Shown: piece by piece, positions 16,238-25,485 of the stretch
How the letters are laid out: every line of letters begins with the position of its first letter
Position numbering within the stretch: the stretch's first letter is position 1
NCBI GenBank assembly: GCA_963812135.1
Contig: CAWETU010000001.1
Location: 256,001-320,000 of the forward strand
Origin: Vulcanimicrobiota bacterium
GTDB taxonomy: Bacteria; Vulcanimicrobiota; Vulcanimicrobiia; Eremiobacterales; Eremiobacteraceae
Length of the DNA stretch: 64,000 bases
Reading direction: 5' to 3'
Program-made: the position numbers and the translations under genes
Notes under the pieces: model-generated
What the model was told of the DNA's origin: nothing
Seen by the model: the letters and a program-made list of their open reading frames with translations, nothing else
The model's database searches: none

Positions 16238-18904
16238 TCAGAACTTGACGGTGAAGTAGATGTTCTGCCGGTTTTGGTTCCAGTTGTAGCTCGGCAGCTG
16301 GTTGTCTTGCCAGTGATAGTTCGTGAAGAAGAAGTTGATCGACGAGTTCGTGTTCGGGATGTTGTAGAGCACGCCGGCGTTCAACGCGGTCTTCGTCTGG
16401 CTGATGCTCTGGTTCAGCGTGTTGAGCGCCTCGCCGCCCCACGCCTGATTGACGTAGGAAACGTTCGCGGTCAACGCCGCTGTGATCGGCAACGCCAGCG
16501 AGCCGCTGCCCGCCAAGTGGCGCACGTTCTGGTAGTTCGGGTAGAAGTAGACCACTTGACCCGTGCCGGTCAGCTCAGCGCTGCCGAGCGGGTTGTAGGC
16601 GTTCGGAATGCCCAAGAGCGGGTCGGCCGCGTACACGAACGGCGTCGTGTCGAGACGCTGGATGCGCTCGTACAAGGCGTCGAAGTTCAGCGTCGCGGTG
16701 CGATCCCAGATCGGCAAGCCGAGCGTGAAGCCGCCGCCGACCGTCTGGTACTTGCCGCCAACGCCCGTCGAGAATTGCGGGCCGAAGATGGCCGCTGCGA
16801 GCGAGTTCGGACGGATCTCCTGCAGCTGTTGGCCGCCGAGGCGCAGCTTCAGGTTGACGCCGCCGATGCGCACCGGGAAGTTGAACTGGGCCGACGGTCC
16901 GCGCGTGTTCGGCGCGAACGAGCTGTAGAAATACGGTCCTTGCGCCTTGAACTGGTTGAACAGCGGGAAGTCGAACGTGCCGAACGGGAACTGGCCGCTG
17001 TTCTGCAGCAGCGCGCCGCCGTAGCCGTTCGCCAACGCGATGTTGTCGACTTGTTGGTTGATCCCGAAGGTGTTGCCGATGCCGAAGCCCGTCGGCAACT
17101 GCGGGAAGTTCCAGAAGGAGAACAGCCCTGGGGCTTGGCCAGCCCACATGAACTGTGCGCCGTCGATGTAGTACGGACCCACGCTCTGATAGGAGAGCGT
17201 CTGGTCGCCTCCCCATAGTTTGAACTTCACGCCGACGACGCCGGCCGTGTCGCTCTGGGTTGGAACGCGTTGGAAGTCAGGCGTGTACTTGCTGGTCGCG
17301 ACTTCGCCGTACAGCGCCGGGGTGATGATCGGGCCCCAGCGACGCGTCAGCGGGAGCACAAAGTCGAAGCCGAAGACCGTGTCGCTGACGATGGTATTCG
17401 GAATCGACGCGCTCTGCAAGTAGATCGTGTTGCCAGCTGCGGCTGAGTCGCCGCGCAGATCGAAGAGCCGGTTGATGCTGAAGCCCACCTGAGCGCTCGG
17501 GATGCCGGGGATGCGGTAGACAGCGCGGCCGCCGACGTCAAAGCGCTGCGGGAACGTGCTGTTAGACACCGAGTAGCCCTGGTATGTGACCGCCACCGTC
17601 ACGCCGGCCGGTAATGGCTGGAACGCGCCGGAGAACACCACCGCGTTGGGCGTCTGCACGAAGCTGAAGCTCGGCTCGTTCGGCTGGTTTGGACCGGTGA
17701 AGAAGCAACCGGCGAGACATGCCGGCGGGCCCATGTAATACGACACGAAGACCGTGCCGGGCTGGGCGTTCTGGCTGAGCGTGACCGAGGACAGCGTGCC
17801 GTTGCCGGACGTGAACGTATCGGTCGTTGGCGCCGAGCTATAGACGTTGCTCGTCTGCTGGAAATAGTACGGGCCGAGGTACGTGTTCGATTGGATGTAC
17901 CCGGTGTTCGGCGGATATCCCGGTGCGTTTGTGAGGATGCCGACCGGATCGATCTTCGTACCGTAGGCCTGCACGTCGAGGTATTTCATGATCGTCGCTG
18001 TGACGTCCACGCCGTTCGGGTATGGGCGGAACGGGTCGGTATAGTTGATATGGAAGTTATCCGCCGGGCTGTAGGTCAGTCCGGTCAGCGAGCCTTTGAT
18101 GTTCTCGAGCTGGCCGATGCGGATATTGAGCCCGGTGACGCCGTTCATGTTCGGCACGTTGACTTCAAGGGTCGGGTTGATGCCGACGCCTGTCTGCTGC
18201 TGACGGTAGCCACCCGTCATGTAGTCGGCGATCTTGATCGGGAGCGAGATGATGAGGTTCTGGTTCACCGCGTACGACGGGGTGAACTCCCACTGCGCGC
18301 GCGGCAGCAAAAGGCCCGGTCCGACGCGACCATAGTACGGATCGTTGCTCTGGTCGTTCTCGATGAACTGATCCGTGAAATTGAAGACCGGGTCCGAACG
18401 CGCGAGACACACGCCGCCGGTCGGACACGAGGGCGCACCGGGAAGCACGTTGGGGTTCTGGATCTGCTCGCGCTGCGAGTAGCTCGACCACAGAGTGCCG
18501 TGCACCGTGAAGCCTTGCGCGAACTTCGTCGCTTTGTCGAGCGCGGCGAGCTTGTCCTCGATCTGCGTCACGCGCACGCCCATGCCGTCGAGCTCGTCTT
18601 TGTACGCGTCCATCAAGCGGGCGAGTTTTTGCAGGTCGGCTTTGCTCGCGCCGCCTTCTGCTTCGACTTTGGCGATGGCACGCGCCAACGCGACCGCGAC
18701 CTCGTTACGCGTCATCGGCCGGTTCCCAAGGAACTTGCCGTTGGGATAACCAGCGAGGATGCCGTCTGCGGCGAGCGTTTGGATGTAGTCGGCGGCCCAG
18801 CTATTCGCTGGAACGTCGTTGAATGGGGTTGCAGACGCCGGCCGGACAGACAAAACAGAAGCGACGACGAACGCGCTTACCGCGAGGTAGGCGAATCTCT
18901 TCAA
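16238..18904 (-). CDS. SLH-domain outer-membrane protein (OmpM/SlpA-like OM-peptidoglycan tether)
   Basis: Signal peptide; SLH domain FNDVPANSWA...GYPNGKFLGNRPMTRNEVA; coiled coil ELDGMGVRVTQIE; long beta-rich region ending IYFTVKF; AGGAGG RBS. Confidence 0.88.
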   Translation of the reverse strand: MKRFAYLAVSAFVVASVLSVRPASATPFNDVPANSWAADYIQTLAADGILAGYPNGKFLGNRPMTRNEVAVALARAIAKVEAEGGASKADLQKLARLMDAYKDELDGMGVRVTQIEDKLAALDKATKFAQGFTVHGTLWSSYSQREQIQNPNVLPGAPSCPTGGVCLARSDPVFNFTDQFIENDQSNDPYYGRVGPGLLLPRAQWEFTPSYAVNQNLIISLPIKIADYMTGGYRQQQTGVGINPTLEVNVPNMNGVTGLNIRIGQLENIKGSLTGLTYSPADNFHINYTDPFRPYPNGVDVTATIMKYLDVQAYGTKIDPVGILTNAPGYPPNTGYIQSNTYLGPYYFQQTSNVYSSAPTTDTFTSGNGTLSSVTLSQNAQPGTVFVSYYMGPPACLAGCFFTGPNQPNEPSFSFVQTPNAVVFSGAFQPLPAGVTVAVTYQGYSVSNSTFPQRFDVGGRAVYRIPGIPSAQVGFSINRLFDLRGDSAAAGNTIYLQSASIPNTIVSDTVFGFDFVLPLTRRWGPIITPALYGEVATSKYTPDFQRVPTQSDTAGVVGVKFKLWGGDQTLSYQSVGPYYIDGAQFMWAGQAPGLFSFWNFPQLPTGFGIGNTFGINQQVDNIALANGYGGALLQNSGQFPFGTFDFPLFNQFKAQGPYFYSSFAPNTRGPSAQFNFPVRIGGVNLKLRLGGQQLQEIRPNSLAAAIFGPQFSTGVGGKYQTVGGGFTLGLPIWDRTATLNFDALYERIQRLDTTPFVYAADPLLGIPNAYNPLGSAELTGTGQVVYFYPNYQNVRHLAGSGSLALPITAALTANVSYVNQAWGGEALNTLNQSISQTKTALNAGVLYNIPNTNSSINFFFTNYHWQDNQLPSYNWNQNRQNIYFTVKF

Positions 18905-19195
18905 AGCGGTCCTCCTTAACGAGAGGCACAGACGTCGGGGGCCGTTTCGAACCTTGATGCGCGCAGAATCTTCGTTACCTGCTTAGCGAATCCAGTTCCG
19001 ATGGTTCCCGAATCCACCGGACATTTCAACGTAATCCGGCGGCACAAATATTCGGCGCCGTATCGCCCATGAGGACAAAGGCGAAGCGTCGCACCGGCAA
19101 CCTGCACGGGCTGGGTTGGCCGCTAAAATTGCCCATTCCTGCCCTTGGCTGCTCGGCCGACGCCTGGGGCTGTTCCCGAGGGGTGGGACCCCAAA

Positions 19196-19615
19196 TCATG
19201 GGTTTGTCCGGCTGAGAAATCGCTCGACGATGAGCAATGCGGCGTACCCGTCAAGCGGCGCTTCGGGCACCAACAAACCGCGTGGAATCAGGCGCGCGAG
19301 CCCGCGCGGCGGATGATCTTCGTAGTATCGCCGGCGCGCCTCCAAGGTCGTACGGCTCTCGTCCACCACCGCGATCGGCACCTCTGGGAACGACGCGCGG
19401 CACATCGAAACGACCGCGTTGGACGTGGTCGCGTGGCCGATGCAGACGCGGGCGATGTCGCCTGCCGCGGCCTCGCCGGCGAGATACGCGGGCATGTCCG
19501 CGGTCGGAACCACGCGCAACTCGATGCGTTCGCCATCCTCATAGACGGTCGCGACGCCGCACTTGGTCCGCCCGGGGTCGATGCCGATGAGCCGCTTGCG
19601 CTGGCTTACGCTCAT
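19196..19615 (-). CDS. YqgF/RuvX-like RNase H-fold nuclease
   Basis: IGIDPGRTKCG, VDESRTTLEAR, PLDGYAA. Confidence 0.8.
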   Translation of the reverse strand: MSVSQRKRLIGIDPGRTKCGVATVYEDGERIELRVVPTADMPAYLAGEAAAGDIARVCIGHATTSNAVVSMCRASFPEVPIAVVDESRTTLEARRRYYEDHPPRGLARLIPRGLLVPEAPLDGYAALLIVERFLSRTNP

Positions 19616-20547
19616 CGCGCCGGCGTGACGATCAGCTCGGTCGACAGCGGTCCGGCCGCCTTGATGTCGCGCGTCGCGACCGCGCGTAGCACCGCCGGCC
19701 CGTGGATGCTGGTCAGCTGCTTGTAGGCGGTGTCGAACGCGGACACGCTCGCGTCGGGCGTGTCGGCGATCGTGGGAGGCATGCCGTGGCTGATCGCGTT
19801 GTCGGTGATGGCGATGCGCAGCTGTTGGAGCGCAGAGCCTGCGAGCTGCTGGTTGTGCCCGTCGGGCACCGTGATCGCCGCGATCACATCGCCCTTGTGA
19901 TAGATCATCGAGTTGCGGAAGACGTTGAACGAGATCGACATCGCGCCGTGCCGGAAGATGTTCTCGCCCGCGACCGGCACGACGATCGCGTCATCGGGCT
20001 GGTACGTCTTGATCTGAGCCGCGAGCGTGGCCAGCTTGCCGCGCACGGCTGGCGTGAGCTCTTTCGGATACGGCTGCACGTCGGGGATGTGGGCGTAGTG
20101 CTCGGCGACGACGCTGAACAGCTCGGAGAGATTGCGTTCGATCGTCGCGACGTCGTCGGTAGTGTCGACGAGCACGGGCCGCGAGATCGGCTCGCCGTTG
20201 CGGAAGACGAGCGGTGCCTCGCGGATGAAACCCAACAGCTGATCGCGCTGTCCGGTCAGTGTCTTGATCTCGTCGCGCAGCGTGTTGATGGAGAACAGCG
20301 CCTGGCGCGCTTCCTGGTTCACGGCCGCGACCACGCCGACGACGAAGAGCGCGATCAGCATGCCGAACCCGACCGCGAAGATCGTGCTCGTGTAGCGCGG
20401 CCGCAATCCGAAGAGCGTCATGCGGCGCCGGCCGACCTGGTGCCCCACCCGATCCCCGACGAAGGCGATGAGTCCGGCGAGCACGATGATGGCGGCGACC
20501 GTGATGACCGGCCGGATGTCGAAGGCGAGCAGCGTTGCGAAGATCAT
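19612..20547 (-). CDS. DUF3084 domain-containing protein
   Basis: GLIAFVGDRVGHQVGRRRMTLFGLRPRYTS N-terminal signature; usual position after lptF/G. Confidence 0.8.
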   Translation of the reverse strand: MIFATLLAFDIRPVITVAAIIVLAGLIAFVGDRVGHQVGRRRMTLFGLRPRYTSTIFAVGFGMLIALFVVGVVAAVNQEARQALFSINTLRDEIKTLTGQRDQLLGFIREAPLVFRNGEPISRPVLVDTTDDVATIERNLSELFSVVAEHYAHIPDVQPYPKELTPAVRGKLATLAAQIKTYQPDDAIVVPVAGENIFRHGAMSISFNVFRNSMIYHKGDVIAAITVPDGHNQQLAGSALQQLRIAITDNAISHGMPPTIADTPDASVSAFDTAYKQLTSIHGPAVLRAVATRDIKAAGPLSTELIVTPAR

Positions 20548-20553
20548 CGCGCG

Positions 20554-21639
20554 TTACACCTTCGCCGCCAGCTGGAGCAGCCAGACGCCGATCGCGCCGA
20601 AGATGATGTTCGGCAGCCACGCCATGACGAGGCTCAGCTCCGGCGTCGTGCGGCCGAGCGCGAGGCAGATCGTGGTGACGACATAGAACGCGAACACGAT
20701 CGCGATGCTGATCCCGAAGCCCGCTCCCGACGTCGACCGCTGGCGCCGGATGCCGAGCGGGAGCGCGAGCAGCGTGAAGACGAGACTCGCGAACGGCCGC
20801 GCCAGTTTGCTGTCGTAGGTGACGAGTAGCAGCGCATAGCGCGATTGATCGCCTTGTTGCCTGGCGGTGTTGAGCAACGGGCGCAGTTGGTTGCGGCTCA
20901 GGTCCTCCGGCCGCTTGGACAGCTCGATCAGTTGCGAAGGGCTCGCGCCGATGTTGACGCTCGTGACCGGCAAGTCGCCGACGGTGCAGCAGACCGGCGC
21001 CAAGCGGTACGAGATCGCGTCGTGCAGCACCCAGGTCGAGTTCTGATAGCGTGCGCGCGGCGCCACGAGCAGCGACAGTAGCGTGTCAGCGCGATACACC
21101 TGTACGGTGATCTCCGCGAGCTGCTGCGTGGTCGTGTCGAAACCGCCTGCGTATGTCACCTGCGCGTCGCCGTTGGGAAGCCGCGTGCGCACGACCTCGT
21201 TCGAGAGGATGTTCACGTTGCCCGACTGGATCTCGCTTTGCAGGATCTCATTGGCTCTGGCCGTCGCGCCCGGCACCACGAACTCCTGAAACCCCAGCGC
21301 GATGAGCGACGCGAGCAGGCCGACTGCCGCCACCGGCGCTGCGATGCGATAGAGGCTGACGCCGCCGGCGCGCATCGCCGTGATCTCCGAGTCTCCCGAC
21401 AGCCGGCTCATCGAGAGCAGCACCGACAGGAGCATGGACATCGGGAAGGTCAGCACGAGCGTCTGCGGCAGCGTATAGATGAAGTATTTCGCCGCAGCCA
21501 GCAGGCTCGCGTGCTCTTCGGAGACGAGCCGCGCGACGTTGAGCAGCTCGCCCGCGACGAAGAGCAGCGTGAACGCGGCCAATCCGAACAAGAACGGGCC
21601 GCCGAGCTCGCTGACCATGTAACGGTCGAGCAGCTTCAC
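20554..21639 (-). CDS. LPS export ABC permease LptF/LptG family
   Basis: LLDRY, SEITAMRAGGVS, PLG...R, AWLPN; 6-TM layout. Confidence 0.92.
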   Translation of the reverse strand: MKLLDRYMVSELGGPFLFGLAAFTLLFVAGELLNVARLVSEEHASLLAAAKYFIYTLPQTLVLTFPMSMLLSVLLSMSRLSGDSEITAMRAGGVSLYRIAAPVAAVGLLASLIALGFQEFVVPGATARANEILQSEIQSGNVNILSNEVVRTRLPNGDAQVTYAGGFDTTTQQLAEITVQVYRADTLLSLLVAPRARYQNSTWVLHDAISYRLAPVCCTVGDLPVTSVNIGASPSQLIELSKRPEDLSRNQLRPLLNTARQQGDQSRYALLLVTYDSKLARPFASLVFTLLALPLGIRRQRSTSGAGFGISIAIVFAFYVVTTICLALGRTTPELSLVMAWLPNIIFGAIGVWLLQLAAKV

Positions 21640-22391
21640 AGACGAAAGCTCTCTCCCAGGTAGAAGCTGCGTGCGACCGGCGAATCGGCGACGTCTTGCG
21701 CGCTGCCCGACACTTCGATGCGGCCGCGGTTGAGGATGTACGCGCGATCGACGATCGCGAGCGTCTCGCGCACCGAGTGGTCGGTGATGAGCACGCCCAG
21801 CCCCTTGGCCTTGAGCAGGCGGATGATCTCTTGGATGTCGGCGACCGCGATCGGGTCGATGCCGGTGAAGGGTTCATCGAGCAACAGGAACGCCGGATCG
21901 GTCGCGATGGCGCGCGCGATCTCGACTCGCCGGCGCTCGCCGCCCGACAGCGTCTCCGCCTTTGCGTGGATGAGGCCTTCGAGGCCGAACTCACCGAGCA
22001 GCGTGGGCAGGCGTTCGTCCTGCTCGTGGCGCGGCACGCCGCGCTGTTCCCAGATGAGCCGGATGTTGTCTTCGATCGTCAAGCGCCTGAAGACCGACGA
22101 CTCCTGCGCGAGGTATCCCAGCCCTTCGCGCGCGCGCATGTGCATCGGCTGGTGCGTGATGTCCACTCGCGAGCCGTTGTCGCCGACCAGCAGCACCTCG
22201 CCGTCGTTCGGGCGCACCAGGCCGACCACCATATAAAAGGTAGTCGTCTTGCCGGCGCCGTTGGGGCCGAGCAGCCCGACGACTTCGCCGCCTCGCACGT
22301 TGAGGCTCACGTGGTCGACCACCGTCCGCGGGCCATAGCTCTTCGTGAGTCCGCGGACATCGATCTCTTTCGGCGTGCCTGTCGGTTGCAA
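21636..22391 (-). CDS. lptB: LPS export ABC ATPase
   Basis: GPNGAGKTTTFY, YLAQESSVFR, LSGGERRRVEIAR, LDEPFTGIDP, ITDHSVRETL, YLGESF; start taken as TTG 22391 after AGGAG. Confidence 0.93.
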   Translation of the reverse strand: MQPTGTPKEIDVRGLTKSYGPRTVVDHVSLNVRGGEVVGLLGPNGAGKTTTFYMVVGLVRPNDGEVLLVGDNGSRVDITHQPMHMRAREGLGYLAQESSVFRRLTIEDNIRLIWEQRGVPRHEQDERLPTLLGEFGLEGLIHAKAETLSGGERRRVEIARAIATDPAFLLLDEPFTGIDPIAVADIQEIIRLLKAKGLGVLITDHSVRETLAIVDRAYILNRGRIEVSGSAQDVADSPVARSFYLGESFRL

Positions 22392-22396
22392 CGCTC

Positions 22397-24259
22397 CTAC
22401 TTTCCGAACGTCATGGTCTGCTCGCCGTTGGGACCCCAAACGCGGACGCGGCGCAGATCGAGGTCGGCCTCTGCGCGATCGCCGTCGATTGAGTTGCCGC
22501 GGTCGTCGTTCGCTTTGACGTGACCAGCCGCGATGAGCACGTGGCGGTTGCCGTCGTATTCCATGGAGTCCGCGGACATGGACGACCCGTTTGCGGCCCC
22601 GGCCCGGACACCGCCGCTGAGCGCGACGTTGCGGTCGTTCGGGCGCACTTCTGCTGTCGGGGCCGTTACCCTCATGCGCAGCGTCCTTCCTTTATAGAAG
22701 CTGAGGAGGACGTTGCGCAGCGTTCCTTTTGAATCCGCCGTCTGATACTCGACTTCGTCGGCGCGCAACAAATACTCGAGCAGGCCGTTGTGGATCTCTT
22801 TGAGTTCGACCGGCCGGCCCGGTTCGGCACGCGCGATGATGTAGTATGGTGGTTGCGCCTGCGCGCTGGTGGACGGATTCGGGGTCGGGTTGGCCGGCGC
22901 CGGCGACTTGCTCGCGCAGCCGGCGAGCAGCGCGACGACACCGAGCGCGGTGACGGCGATCGTCGCGCCCGATCGGAACGTAGGACCCGAGCGAAGCTCT
23001 GGTGTACGCTCGAGCGAAGCTCGAGCATCGTCGACATCCGCACTGCGCCGGCCCAGCGCGAACATAAGCCCCATCATCGGCCACCATAAAAGGAAGACGA
23101 ACGTCGACACGACGTCGAGCACGTTCTGGAACGCGGATGCGATGAACGCAGCCGCCAAGCCATAGAACAGCAGGGTCCGCTCACGATCGTCCGACGAGAT
23201 CTGCCGGATGGTCCGTCGCGCCTGCGCGACTCCAGCGACGACCAGCCAGACGAACGCGGCGAATCCGAGCAAACCGTTCTCGACGAGCACGTTGAGCGAC
23301 AGATCATGCGCGTGGACCTCGTCCACCGCGGCATCCGGCTGTTTGAGCATGGGATACACTTTGGAAAAACCCAGCGGGCCGACGCCGGTCAGCGCGAAGC
23401 GCTCCGCCATGCGAACCGCGCCCTGCCATACGGCGATGCGCGACGGGTTCTCGCTCGGATCGTGGGCGACGTCGCGAAAGCTGGTCGTGCCCAAGATCAG
23501 CGCGACGATCGCCGCACTCACGTACGTCGCGCGCGCCGCGCGGCCGAATCGCCAGACGAGGATGGGCAAGCCGATGATGAGGCCGAGCCACGCCGCGCGC
23601 GACACCGAGAGCGCCAGCGCGATCGTGCCGACGATCGCCGCAGCGGCGCCAAGCCGCCGGAGCAGCAGCGGGGCACCCGCCTGGGCTATCCCGAGCGCGA
23701 TGAAGAACAGCAAGTAGCCGCCGAACTCGTTCGGCTGCAAGAACGTCCCTGCGGCGCGCCCGTGCTGGTACGCGAACATCTCGGGCGGATGGCGCGTCAA
23801 CGTGAGCGCGACGCCGAACACCGTCGCCGCGATGCCGACGGTGAAGTAGCACGTGAGCAAGGTGCGCCGGACGCGGTCATTCGACATATTCCAAAAGATC
23901 GCGACGAACGCGATGAAGTTGCCGACCTCGCACACGAGCTCGAACGCGCTCGACGCCGGGGAGACGCCGATCGCGCCCGCTAGTGCAGCCGTCGCGATCA
24001 CCGCGAGCAGTGGCAGCGCGAGCGGCGGCTGGACGAGCGCGTGCCAACCGCGGCGCAGGATCACGGCGACGAACGTCACCAGTGAGGCGATCATCATCAC
24101 GATCAGGAGGACGACCGCATAGATCCGGCCGCCGACCGCGATGCCTCGCGGCACGACGTCGGCGAGCAAGACGAGCATCGGCAGCACCGGCCCGAGTGTG
24201 AAGAAAGCGAACGGGAGCACGAGCTCGGCGCGCCGCCCGAAGGACAACGGGTTGGTCAC
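22397..24259 (-). CDS. O-antigen ligase (WaaL)-family membrane protein fused in-frame to an LptC/OstA-like lipoprotein domain
   Basis: N-terminal part has RAAGTFLQPN, SRAAWLG, GVGPLGF, HAHD..L..LVENG; C-terminal part has internal lipobox LAGC and a beta-jellyroll pattern (VALSGGVRA, MSADSMEYD, IDGDRAEADL). Confidence 0.75.
   Translation of the reverse strand: MTNPLSFGRRAELVLPFAFFTLGPVLPMLVLLADVVPRGIAVGGRIYAVVLLIVMMIASLVTFVAVILRRGWHALVQPPLALPLLAVIATAALAGAIGVSPASSAFELVCEVGNFIAFVAIFWNMSNDRVRRTLLTCYFTVGIAATVFGVALTLTRHPPEMFAYQHGRAAGTFLQPNEFGGYLLFFIALGIAQAGAPLLLRRLGAAAAIVGTIALALSVSRAAWLGLIIGLPILVWRFGRAARATYVSAAIVALILGTTSFRDVAHDPSENPSRIAVWQGAVRMAERFALTGVGPLGFSKVYPMLKQPDAAVDEVHAHDLSLNVLVENGLLGFAAFVWLVVAGVAQARRTIRQISSDDRERTLLFYGLAAAFIASAFQNVLDVVSTFVFLLWWPMMGLMFALGRRSADVDDARASLERTPELRSGPTFRSGATIAVTALGVVALLAGCASKSPAPANPTPNPSTSAQAQPPYYIIARAEPGRPVELKEIHNGLLEYLLRADEVEYQTADSKGTLRNVLLSFYKGRTLRMRVTAPTAEVRPNDRNVALSGGVRAGAANGSSMSADSMEYDGNRHVLIAAGHVKANDDRGNSIDGDRAEADLDLRRVRVWGPNGEQTMTFGK
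22980..23026 (+). repeat. Two tandem REP-like palindromes
   Basis: GTAG-G-ACCCGAGC-GAA-GCTCTGGT (one mismatch) directly followed by GTAC-GCTCGAGC-GAA-GCTCGAGC (perfect stem); tetranucleotide foot plus GAA-loop hairpin. Confidence 0.55.
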
Positions 24260-25485
24260 CCGGTGTTCTGCGACGCTAGCGCGAGCACAGCCTCCGCGAC
24301 CGCGTTCGCGCCGCCCGGTCCTCCCATGCGCGACCTTCCAACCTGACCCATCGCTCGCATCCGATCCGGATCGCGCAACAAGGCGACGAAATCTTCGGCG
24401 AACCGGCGATCATCGTCGGGCAAGACGAGCAGCGCATCTCCAAGGAGCCGCTGCTGACGCATGCGATACCAGCCGACGCTGGCCGGATCACCCATCGGCG
24501 ATGAAGCGACGACCGGCAGCCCCAAGCCGGCTGCTTGTTCGTTCGCGGTGCCCGCTTGGCCGAGCACGATGTCGCAATCGGCCAAGAGATCACCGAATTC
24601 TCCGGCGACCAAAGTCACGTCGAGCGGCCCCGCTTTTCCGCGCGCCACGACACCGGACTCGCTCTCCGTTGGCGCGAGCGTTGCTCCCGCGCTCTCGCAT
24701 GCCGCGACCAGCGCGCCCGCGGCGACGCCCGGCGCAACAGAGATCAACGCCTGGACCGGCCGCGGCGCAAGCAGTCCGGCGACCAGCGCGAGGCGCCGAA
24801 CGGCGGCGGCCGCGTTGTCTGGCGCGTCCGCCCGGCTGCCCGGCAGCACGCCGACGTGGACCGCGCCAGGGATCGCTCCGAGATCCACGCCGTGCGGTGC
24901 GAGGCCGTCCATCATCAAGTTGCCGGCATAGCGCGCCGGCACCCCCGCATCGGCAAGCGCGCGCGCCGTCTCCGCGTCGCGTGCGAACACGACCCGCGCC
25001 CACCGCGCGATCGCTCGCTCGAGCGCCGAGTGCCCGGCCACGTGTTCCGACTTGGCCGTCGCGACGAACACCGTCGGGCGTCGCGCGAAGTAGAGAGACG
25101 CCGCGAGCGCGTACACGTCGCCGACCGCGACGACGACCGTGCGCGCGCGTTGCCGTCGCAAAAACGCGAATTGGCGCAGGGTCAGCGACAGCAGACCCGC
25201 GCGGACGTCGCGCGCAAGGTTGCGCAGGTTCCAGTATGCGATCAATCCGCCGCTCGGCATCTGCGCCTGCGGGCCGACCACACGAGTCGCCGTCGTAGCG
25301 GTCGTAGCGGTCGAATTTATTCGACCGAACTCGCCGACCAGCGGGAAATGCTCGATCGTGGCGTTGGGTGCGCGCGCCGCGATCGCGTCCGCGAGATAGC
25401 CTGCGATGGCGGCTTCGCCGTACCCGTTGCTGACCAACAGAATATTTGGAGCGGTCGAATCTAATCGACCGGGCGTTGGATTCAT
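24256..25485 (-). CDS. Lipid-A-disaccharide synthase-related GT-B protein (TIGR03492-like)
   Basis: VSNGYGE, MPSGG, AVGDV, GNLMMDGL, LPGSR, AGTANEQAAGLG, QQRLLG, RMGGPG. Confidence 0.8.
   Translation of the reverse strand: MNPTPGRLDSTAPNILLVSNGYGEAAIAGYLADAIAARAPNATIEHFPLVGEFGRINSTATTATTATRVVGPQAQMPSGGLIAYWNLRNLARDVRAGLLSLTLRQFAFLRRQRARTVVVAVGDVYALAASLYFARRPTVFVATAKSEHVAGHSALERAIARWARVVFARDAETARALADAGVPARYAGNLMMDGLAPHGVDLGAIPGAVHVGVLPGSRADAPDNAAAAVRRLALVAGLLAPRPVQALISVAPGVAAGALVAACESAGATLAPTESESGVVARGKAGPLDVTLVAGEFGDLLADCDIVLGQAGTANEQAAGLGLPVVASSPMGDPASVGWYRMRQQRLLGDALLVLPDDDRRFAEDFVALLRDPDRMRAMGQVGRSRMGGPGGANAVAEAVLALASQNTG

Noticed and set aside
18905..19195. Riboswitch in the long leader of the SLH gene
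   Set aside because: Some hairpins are present but no recognisable aptamer consensus.
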